From a virus (Duplodnaviria; Heunggongvirae; Uroviricota; Caudoviricetes): DNA of 13,241 nucleotides. The stretch lies in IMG/VR virus record IMGVR_UViG_3300029998_000021. One strand, written 5' to 3'. The notes below the pieces were generated by a model. It saw nothing but the letters and a program-made list of their open reading frames with translations. It searched no databases and was not told where the DNA came from. Below, piece after piece: positions 6,465 through 13,241 of the stretch; positions within the stretch are counted from its first letter, which is position 1; each line of letters starts with the position of its first letter. The position numbers and the translations under genes are program-made.

Positions 6465-7841
6465 ATGAATAAGAAAAAAAGATTACTAAATTTATTTACT
6501 CAAGATGTGAAATATAACTTTCATCTTATTAGAACTATTGATCCGAATGGTCATCTTCTTTATTTGATGAAAAACGAATCACCATTAAATCAGGATTCAT
6601 TAGAATTCGCGCCAACAGTAATTATACAAGAATTATTAAAAAATTGTTCAGTTGAAGTTGAAAAATTTGCACCTGCTATATTTTGGACCGATGAATTTGA
6701 TACTGAAGAATTAAAACAAAAACTTAATAATAATCTCTTAGAAAATCCTGATTTTTCTAATTTTATTGAATCCATCAAAGAACAATATAGAATTTTAGAA
6801 ATTCAAGATTCTCTATTATATAAAAAAGATCCAGAGGCATATGCAGAATCAAAAAGAGCCGAATACGCTGAACATCAAAAAGAACTTATGGGGGATTTTA
6901 TTAAGCAACACCAAGATTCAAAAAATAAAAGAGAAGAAGCACTCTTAGAATATAATGACAACTTAATAAAACTATTAAAAGATTATTTTGAAGATATTAT
7001 AGAATTTGAAAAAAGAGATTTTGATTTTAATGTAGAACTTGATAAAATTATTGGTAGCTTAATTGATCCTGAAACTTGGATTAAAATTGATGATAAACCA
7101 TTTAATTGTAGAATTGAACTATCTGCACTATTTGAAAATAAAATGAAAGTTTATCTAACAGATAATAATGATTATTCATTTAGTGCGATTTTGCGATTTG
7201 AAAAAACTCAACTTATCACAGAGGAAATCATTAGAATTGATGAAAGTATCACATCTCCAAGAATAATGTCTGATTATGATGCTATAGCTCAATTATACAA
7301 TATTGATATTAAATCAATACCAGAATGGGAATATAAAAATGAATCAGATCGCTTTGAATATATTATCGATTATTTAGTTCCAATTTTCAAAGAATCAAAA
7401 GAAAAAAGAAAAGAAGAATATTTAAATAAAATTAAAGAAGAAGCAGATGAAAAAGAAGAATTAGAAGATTTTGAACATACTTTTGATGATACTGAAGAAC
7501 ATAATTCTAAAAATAATAATATGAACACAAAAAAAACAAATCCAAGTGATTGGTATTTTGATGTATGGACAGCAACCGAAAATGGTGGGGATGTTAACGA
7601 TCCCGATCCATCAATAATCGCATTATCAGAAGATGGATCTAATTGTTTAGATGATCAATTAGGATCACATAATTTACCACAGGATATTATTGATGCTCTT
7701 AATAGAGCAGGAATATTTGGTGATTCAGAAATAATGGAAGCATGTTGGGAAGTCAATGATTATGAATCAAAAACAAAAGAAGACATTATAAAAAGTATGG
7801 AGAAAGAAGGATTTATTTATGTACCAAATATGTTTATATAA
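6465..7841 (+). CDS. Acidic hypothetical protein (458 aa), possibly multi-domain or fused
   Basis: Long open ORF with its own promoter-like motif, charged coiled-coil-like stretches and a distinct acidic C-terminal ~106 aa. I recognise no catalytic motif. Confidence 0.85.
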   Translation: MNKKKRLLNLFTQDVKYNFHLIRTIDPNGHLLYLMKNESPLNQDSLEFAPTVIIQELLKNCSVEVEKFAPAIFWTDEFDTEELKQKLNNNLLENPDFSNFIESIKEQYRILEIQDSLLYKKDPEAYAESKRAEYAEHQKELMGDFIKQHQDSKNKREEALLEYNDNLIKLLKDYFEDIIEFEKRDFDFNVELDKIIGSLIDPETWIKIDDKPFNCRIELSALFENKMKVYLTDNNDYSFSAILRFEKTQLITEEIIRIDESITSPRIMSDYDAIAQLYNIDIKSIPEWEYKNESDRFEYIIDYLVPIFKESKEKRKEEYLNKIKEEADEKEELEDFEHTFDDTEEHNSKNNNMNTKKTNPSDWYFDVWTATENGGDVNDPDPSIIALSEDGSNCLDDQLGSHNLPQDIIDALNRAGIFGDSEIMEACWEVNDYESKTKEDIIKSMEKEGFIYVPNMFI

Positions 7842-7853
7842 TTAAGAATTCAA

Positions 7854-7885
7854 TTTTTTTTATATAAAAACAAAATGTATATTTA
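7854..7885 (+). promoter_or_regulatory. Promoter-like motif variant (T-tract ... TATATTTA)
   Basis: Same spacing as the other copies, but with a final G>A. It is followed by an (AAAT)n-rich leader and the ATG at 7944. Confidence 0.45.
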
Positions 7886-7943
7886 TAACAGATTAATAAA
7901 AGAAAATAAATAATAAATAAATAAATAAAAGAATAAATAAATT

Positions 7944-9242
7944 ATGGTAAAAAATCAATCAATTCCAAAAGGTATCACCTATGAACCAGCAAGTAGATTT
8001 CCTGAAGGGTTTGAAAATCTTTCAGATCGTGAAAAGAAATATTACAAAATGATGAACGCAAAAAGTGGCGTTCTTTATATATCTTCTCCGCCAGGATATG
8101 CCAAATCTGCAATTATGAGGTCAATTGCTAAGAATATGGGACATCAGTATTTTGACATTCGTCTTTCCATGGTGGATGAGACAGACGTAGGTCTGTTTCC
8201 AACAATTGGAGAAGAAGAAGTTGAAGGCTCAGACGGAGAAAAAAAGATGCAAAAAATGTTGTCACACGTTGCACCTAAATGGGCATATATGGCAAACAAG
8301 TGTCCTACTATCATACACTTTGAAGAATTAAATCGTTCTACACTTTCAGTTAGGAATGCTGCTCTTCAAATGCTACTTGAAAGAGAAATTGGCGCATTTT
8401 TCAAATTTAACGAAAATGTTATGATGTGCGCATCAGGAAACTTAGGTGAAGAAGACGGTACAGACGTTGAGGAGTTTGACCAGGCTCTTAACAATCGACT
8501 AATTCATATTCAACATACACTTCCTTTTCCTGAATGGGTTGAAAGGTACGCAAACGAAAACGTATGCCCAGTAATTATTCAGTTTTTAAAAACACACACT
8601 GAGCACTATTACAAGAAACCTGATGAAAGAAATACCACCAACAAAACTAGTAAAGCTTACGCTACACCAAGGTCTTGGACATTTTTAAGTGATTATATAT
8701 TTGAAAATTTTGGTGAGTGGGAAACCAGAAAAAGTCTTGATGAAAAAGATGAATATAAACTTATTATTGATAAATTTACTGGACAGCCAAAAATGTTCAA
8801 AAAATTTCCAAGTGTTCGTACTTGGCTCAATGATATTAAAGAAATTGGACATGGATATATTGGTGGATCAAATGCTGGATTTATGCGTTATTGCGAAGAT
8901 ACTTTAAAAATATCATTAGACGACGTTTTAGATCGCTTTGATGAAATTGAGACTGATGTTAGAGGTTTTAATAGAGATAAAAAATCTGAACTTCTTGCTA
9001 ACATGAAAGAACGTAAAATCGCTCAATTGAAACCAAAGCAAGTTGAAAATCTTGTTAAGTTTCTTTGTACAATTTCAGACGATGAAATGGTAGGATATAT
9101 CCTACATGTACTTGATACTGAATATAATTTATCAGAAGAAGGTAAAGAAAATAAAATGGCTGAAAAATTCCTTGCATCAAAAGCCTTTAATAAATTCCGA
9201 GATGCTATTATGAAGCATGTTGATGATGATGATAAAAAATAA
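7944..9242 (+). CDS. MoxR-like AAA+ ATPase (AAA_5 type, the usual partner of DUF2201-VWA proteins)
   Basis: Walker A SPPGYAKS (8085-8108), DIRLS...D..GL, Walker B IIHFEELNR (8310-8336), sensor ASGN, arginine finger ALNNRL, and TPRSW. Confidence 0.9.
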   Translation: MVKNQSIPKGITYEPASRFPEGFENLSDREKKYYKMMNAKSGVLYISSPPGYAKSAIMRSIAKNMGHQYFDIRLSMVDETDVGLFPTIGEEEVEGSDGEKKMQKMLSHVAPKWAYMANKCPTIIHFEELNRSTLSVRNAALQMLLEREIGAFFKFNENVMMCASGNLGEEDGTDVEEFDQALNNRLIHIQHTLPFPEWVERYANENVCPVIIQFLKTHTEHYYKKPDERNTTNKTSKAYATPRSWTFLSDYIFENFGEWETRKSLDEKDEYKLIIDKFTGQPKMFKKFPSVRTWLNDIKEIGHGYIGGSNAGFMRYCEDTLKISLDDVLDRFDEIETDVRGFNRDKKSELLANMKERKIAQLKPKQVENLVKFLCTISDDEMVGYILHVLDTEYNLSEEGKENKMAEKFLASKAFNKFRDAIMKHVDDDDKK

Positions 9243-9246
9243 TTTC

Positions 9247-9282
9247 TAAAATAGAGGTAGTACAAAAACTACCTCTATTTTA
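9247..9282 (+). terminator. Perfect 15-bp stem-loop; terminator or RNA-processing hairpin
   Basis: TAAAATAGAGGTAGT (9247-9261), ACAAAA loop, ACTACCTCTATTTTA (9268-9282); 4 nt after the ATPase stop. Confidence 0.75.
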
Positions 9283-9295
9283 TAAAACATAATTA

Positions 9296-9526
9296 ATGAA
9301 AAGAAAACAATTATTATCCAACGCTATTAAAAAATGTACAAAATCTGACGGTTTTGCTAGTTTTTATGATATTGGCAATCTACTACATAAAAAAAGAACA
9401 TATTATAAAATCGGTCCAATATACTGTAAAGAACTAAGAATAAAATTATCAACATTTCTCAAATATTATTTTCCAGAAATAGAACTTGATGAAAAACAAC
9501 AAAAATGTAAATTAAATAATGGATGA
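9296..9526 (+). CDS. Small protein resembling a stand-alone OST-HTH/LOTUS domain
   Basis: LLSNAIKKCTKSDGFASFYDIGNLL...KLSTFLK...EIEL parallels the LxxAIxxxxxxDGWAxLxxIGxxL...KLSxLL pattern of bacterial OST-HTH domains. The CDS is solid; the family call is about 0.55. Confidence 0.75.
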   Translation: MKRKQLLSNAIKKCTKSDGFASFYDIGNLLHKKRTYYKIGPIYCKELRIKLSTFLKYYFPEIELDEKQQKCKLNNG

Positions 9527-9881
9527 ATTAGAATTAGAATTGCATAAACTTAATGCAATGTTTCTACAAGGTTCTATTAAAATACTAAATAGAAGTATAA
9601 ATTTTTATAAAAGATATCTTATATTTACTATATTTATGACACTTTTTAATTTCTATTTTATAATATCAAATTTAATAAATTCAAAATCATATACAACATC
9701 TGTTATAGCAACAATATTATGGTTAATTTCAGATATGTTTAATTTATATTTTTTAAATGTGCAAAAAAAGAAGTTAAAAAAAGAAGTTCTACAATATGAT
9801 GAAGAACAAAAAATAATAGACTATCCTAAATATATAAAAGATCAAAGATTAAAAAAATTAAAAAAATTAAAAAAAATTTAA
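9519..9881 (+). CDS. Hypothetical membrane protein with two TM helices and a basic (LKK)3 tail
   Basis: Hydrophobic YLIFTIFMTLFNFYFIISNLI and VIATILWLISDMFNLYFL; an 8-nt overlap with the upstream gene; ends in DQRLKKLKKLKKI. Confidence 0.8.
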   Translation: MDELELELHKLNAMFLQGSIKILNRSINFYKRYLIFTIFMTLFNFYFIISNLINSKSYTTSVIATILWLISDMFNLYFLNVQKKKLKKEVLQYDEEQKIIDYPKYIKDQRLKKLKKLKKI

Positions 9882-11050
9882 TTCATATATTTTTTAACAC
9901 CATCAATAACATCTTTTGGTTGAATTGCCTTAGAACAAATAAAATCGTTATTTTTTGGGCAAAACATCCAATTAGATGCATCAAAAGTAATATTAGAATC
10001 ATTCCAACATCCATTACAAACATTTGAATTATATATTCTTGTACAATTGGATTTAAATTCCAGCCATGGTTTTGTAAATCCACTCACTAAAACAACTGGT
10101 GTACCTACAGCCCAAGACACCCACGCCAAGCCTGAGCTAATTGTAATCATCATTTTAGCATATTTAATATCTGTTATTCTTTCTGATAAAGGATAATTAC
10201 CAGTCTTATCAATCACATATTTTGATTTAGGAGCTTGATTATAATGTCCAAGAATACCAAAACTTTTATATTTATCAATTAAGACTATTTTATAACCATT
10301 TCGCCCTAAAAAATCAAATAATCGTTCCCAACCAAATGGATTATTCCAATATTTAAGTTGTGATGTGGATTGTATTGCAACAACAACATATTTACCTTTA
10401 ATTTTTGTTTCTCCTTCAGGTATATTTATTTTTGAAACATATTCCTGATCCGGTATTCCTAATATTAAATTTGCTATTGATTGTAATGAATATTTTCTAT
10501 AATCAAATGTTTTTATAGCATTATCGTATTTTTTATTATCAGCATACCAATATTCTGAAGACAGAACATTATCTATCATATAAAGTTCTGGTCCAAAATC
10601 AATTCTAAATTTTTTATCAACATCATTAATATAATTAGAATCTGAAATATCGGTAAAAATAATATCTGTATATACTTTATCAAATAAATTTTTGTGATAA
10701 GTATATAAAATAACCTCAACATTATTTATTTTTCTATATTCTTCAACACAAGGGACAAATGCAATATTATCACCCAATGAATTTGAACCAATTATAACAT
10801 AAACTCTATTAAATTTATCAGTTTTTTTTCTTTCAAAAATGATCTTATCTTCTGATGTGACTCTAATTAGAATACACATTTCAGGCGTAGAATCTATTTG
10901 TGTCCAATAATTAACTTTAATCATGTCTGAATATTTTACTTCATTTGTACTCAAATCTATAAATTCCACATAAAAATCCCTATCATCAGAATCCCCAACA
11001 ATATTTAAAAAAGTATAATCATCTCTAAACCTAGTAACAAAATTTATCAT
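9878..11050 (-). CDS. Aah/TibC-like (autotransporter strand-loop-strand) O-heptosyltransferase, GT9-related
   Basis: SLGD (catalytic Asp position of the family), QSTSQLKYWNNPFGW, SSGLAWVSWAVG, and the four-Cys iron-finger pattern CNGCW...CPK...C (9935-10018). The donor sugar cannot be established from sequence. Confidence 0.85.
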   Translation of the reverse strand: MINFVTRFRDDYTFLNIVGDSDDRDFYVEFIDLSTNEVKYSDMIKVNYWTQIDSTPEMCILIRVTSEDKIIFERKKTDKFNRVYVIIGSNSLGDNIAFVPCVEEYRKINNVEVILYTYHKNLFDKVYTDIIFTDISDSNYINDVDKKFRIDFGPELYMIDNVLSSEYWYADNKKYDNAIKTFDYRKYSLQSIANLILGIPDQEYVSKINIPEGETKIKGKYVVVAIQSTSQLKYWNNPFGWERLFDFLGRNGYKIVLIDKYKSFGILGHYNQAPKSKYVIDKTGNYPLSERITDIKYAKMMITISSGLAWVSWAVGTPVVLVSGFTKPWLEFKSNCTRIYNSNVCNGCWNDSNITFDASNWMFCPKNNDFICSKAIQPKDVIDGVKKYMN

Positions 11051-11187
11051 AATTAAATTATAATTTTTATAAAATCTTCAATACGTTTTAAAGATATTAT
11101 AATATTTTTCATCTTTCTCTATCATAATATAATTTCTTTTAGTTTTTTATACTAGCAATTGTTATTTTGTAACTACCTGACTATCAA

Positions 11188-13241
11188 TCATTCACATTTG
11201 CTCCACCCGCAATTTCGGCAAGTTTTGCACCCAGCCTCATATGTTAAATCTTTTGAACCACATTCAGGACATGATTCGCCAATAATTTTAGAATTTATAT
11301 ATTTCTTTATAATTCTTTTAACACCAGACTTCCAAGTTCCAAATGCTGCATTATCTGATAATTGCAAACTATCTATAAGATCAATAACACTAGGAAGGTG
11401 AATACGATGTCTTAAAAAAGCTGATAATAATTTGCTTGTATTCCAAAATTCTCTATCAAATGCTCTATTTAAACCCTCCATTGTAACATGATATCCATCT
11501 TTATCTTTATAAACAAAGTCATATCTACTTTTTTCACCTTCTTCTTTATATCTAATAATTTCACCTTTTTCTACAGAAGCTGGAATATAAAATTCATCTA
11601 ATAGACCTGTAAATATTTCGTATGGATATTTTTGACCTTTTTCATCAACCATTAATCCTAAAACACCAACCCATTTTTCTTTATTATTAGTAAATCTAAC
11701 AACATCACACTCAAGCCTTTTAGGTCTTGGCTTAGCATTATTTTCTTGAGGTTCTTTTACTACATTTTGTGTAGTACCTTCATTAGACATAATAACACCT
11801 TGACGAGAGCCATCACGATAGACAGTCATTCCTTTACATCCAGACTTCCATCCCATTTCGTACACTTTAGATACAATATCTTCAGTAACATTATTTGGCA
11901 AATTAACTGTTACTGAAATAGAATGATCTACCCATTTTTGAATTCTTCCTTGCATTCTAACTTTTTCAACCCAATCTACATCATTAGAAGTTGCCTTATA
12001 ATATGGTGATTTTTCTATTATTAATTTAAGATCAGAATCTTTCATAGCTTTAACTTCTTCAATATTATAACCATTAACATCTAACCAAATTTCAAATTTA
12101 TGATGAAAAACATTATATTCTTCCCATTTTACACCTTCAGCATCTGTATAATCAACTCTACCACTTTTATCTGTTGGGTTTATTTTCCGTCTTCTTTTAT
12201 AAGAAACTAAATATGCTGGCTCAATACCAGAAGTAGTTTGTGTCATAATTGAAACTGAACCAGTTGGTGCAATAGTTAAAAGAGCAATATTTCTTCTACC
12301 CCATTGTTTTAACATTATATCTAATTCTGGATCAGAATCTTTTAATCTCTGAACAAAAGGATTACTTATTTCTCTTTCATAATCATAAATAGGAAAAGAA
12401 CCTCTTTCTTTTGCCATTATAGCAGATGATTTATAAGCATTTATAGCCAAAATTTTATGTACTTCAGTTGAAAACTCAGTTGCTTCTGATGTGCCATATC
12501 TTAAACCTAACGCCGCTAGCATATCACCTTCAGCAGTTACTCCTAAACCAGTTCTACGACCATTTAAAGTCATTGTCATAATTTTAATCCAAGTTTCTCT
12601 TTCAACTCTCTTAGTCTCATCATTTTCAGGATCTGATTCAATTTTACTCAAAATCATATCAATCTTTTCAATTTCAAGATCAATAATATCATCCATAAAT
12701 CTTTCAGCATAAATTACATATTCTTTAAATTTATTCCAATCAAAAGATGCATGTTTTGTAAATGGATCTACAACAAAACTATAAAGATTAATTGCAAGTA
12801 ATCTACATGAATCATAAGGGCATAAAGTTATTTCACCGCACGGATTTGTACTAACTGTCTTAAAACCATAATCTTGATAGCAATCTGGAACAGACTCCCT
12901 CATAACAGTATCCCAAAATAAAACACCTGGTTCAGCAGATTTCCAAGCGTTATGAATTATTTTTTTCCATAACTTTTGAGCATCAATATCTTTTGTGAAA
13001 ATAGGATTTTTAGAATCTATTGGAAATAATTGGGTATACATTTTTGCATTTAATGCAGCTTCCATAAAATCATCATGAACTTTAACTGATATATTTGCGC
13101 CGGTCACTTTACCGTGTTCTAATTTAGCATCAATAAAATCTTCTGAATCTGGATGTTTTACGGAGCAAGTCAACATTAATGCACCTCTTCTTCCACCTTG
13201 GGCAACTTCATTTGTAGAATTTGAATATCTATTCATAAATG
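11188..13241 (-). CDS. nrdJ: Class II (adenosylcobalamin-dependent) ribonucleotide reductase, Bacteroidota type; 5' end lies outside the window
   Basis: TNPCGE active site (NPCGE at 12832-12846), DSCRL, IAPTGS, WVDHSISVTVNLP, and GCKGMTVYRDGSR (no class I YY pair). It ends with a TSCPD-like domain and a CPEC...CRNC Zn ribbon. The frame is still open at the window edge (..TTT ATG), so the tracked Met at 13236 is probably internal. Confidence 0.96.
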   Translation of the reverse strand, partial: FMNRYSNSTNEVAQGGRRGALMLTCSVKHPDSEDFIDAKLEHGKVTGANISVKVHDDFMEAALNAKMYTQLFPIDSKNPIFTKDIDAQKLWKKIIHNAWKSAEPGVLFWDTVMRESVPDCYQDYGFKTVSTNPCGEITLCPYDSCRLLAINLYSFVVDPFTKHASFDWNKFKEYVIYAERFMDDIIDLEIEKIDMILSKIESDPENDETKRVERETWIKIMTMTLNGRRTGLGVTAEGDMLAALGLRYGTSEATEFSTEVHKILAINAYKSSAIMAKERGSFPIYDYEREISNPFVQRLKDSDPELDIMLKQWGRRNIALLTIAPTGSVSIMTQTTSGIEPAYLVSYKRRRKINPTDKSGRVDYTDAEGVKWEEYNVFHHKFEIWLDVNGYNIEEVKAMKDSDLKLIIEKSPYYKATSNDVDWVEKVRMQGRIQKWVDHSISVTVNLPNNVTEDIVSKVYEMGWKSGCKGMTVYRDGSRQGVIMSNEGTTQNVVKEPQENNAKPRPKRLECDVVRFTNNKEKWVGVLGLMVDEKGQKYPYEIFTGLLDEFYIPASVEKGEIIRYKEEGEKSRYDFVYKDKDGYHVTMEGLNRAFDREFWNTSKLLSAFLRHRIHLPSVIDLIDSLQLSDNAAFGTWKSGVKRIIKKYINSKIIGESCPECGSKDLTYEAGCKTCRNCGWSKCE

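Noticed and set aside
6590-6778. 62-aa minus-strand ORF
   Set aside because: Antisense shadow of the 458-aa gene.
7895-7943. (AAAT)n-like run upstream of the ATPase
   Set aside because: Explained as an A-rich Bacteroidota-type translation leader; irregular, and not an array.
8689-9265. ORFs 8689-8907 (+) and 9023-9265 (-)
   Set aside because: Out-of-frame or antisense shadows within the ATPase gene.
9883-10083. 66-aa minus-strand ORF
   Set aside because: Alternative frame inside the conserved C-terminus of the heptosyltransferase.
11051-11187. Possible promoter (TATCTTTA on the minus strand at 11089-11096), a 15-codon ORF and a weak GTTA/TAAC hairpin between nrdJ and the glycosyltransferase
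   Set aside because: There is no -33 T-tract, the ORF is too short and the hairpin has only 4 bp; none can be supported.
11159-12712. ORFs 11159-11401 (+) and 12491-12712 (+)
   Set aside because: Antisense shadows of nrdJ.
12820-12860. Intein or intron at the RNR active site
   Set aside because: TNPCGEITLCPYDSC is contiguous and the visible part of nrdJ has no large insertion. The missing 5' part cannot be judged.
1-13241. Stop-codon reassignment, as seen in some large phages
   Set aside because: All conserved genes are intact in code 11. The 16 called genes end in TAA (11) or TGA (5), with TGA at the expected nrdJ end. TAG is unused as a stop here, but no gene needs TAG read-through.
1-13241. 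CRISPR array, tRNA, rRNA or riboswitch
   Set aside because: No repeat-spacer periodicity or cloverleaf was seen, and intergenic gaps are short (at most about 210 nt) and explained by promoters or terminators. A covariance-model scan would be needed to exclude small RNAs.

Overview
Very AT-rich, gene-dense 13.2-kb segment that most likely comes from a large (jumbo-type) phage of a Bacteroidota host. This is inferred from five TAnnTTTG-type promoter motifs, A-rich start contexts without Shine-Dalgarno sequences, a Bacteroidota-type class II ribonucleotide reductase, many short orphans and a free-standing HNH gene. There are 16 supported CDS. The + strand block (1-9881) holds a conserved CxCC hypothetical (5'-truncated), a possible DUF932-like protein, an ECF sigma factor, two small orphans, a rhomboid protease and a small signal-peptide/C-terminal-anchor membrane protein. 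It continues with a DUF2201-type HExxH metallopeptidase-VWA protein, a 458-aa acidic orphan, a MoxR-like AAA+ ATPase, a stand-alone OST-HTH/LOTUS-like protein and a 2-TM protein. An inverted cassette sits inside this block: a 49-aa ribbon-helix-helix gene missing from the ORF track (6188-6337) plus a Zn-finger/repeat/HNH nuclease gene. The - strand block holds nrdJ (5'-truncated) and an Aah/TibC-like heptosyltransferase. The best candidates for an undescribed system are (i) an ECF sigma-rhomboid-membrane substrate-HExxH/VWA-MoxR proteolysis neighbourhood and (ii) an apparently self-regulated RHH+HNH cassette with 10-bp phased operator-like repeats. All family calls come from motif recognition, not database searches. 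No tRNA, rRNA, CRISPR array, intein or stop-codon recoding was seen.
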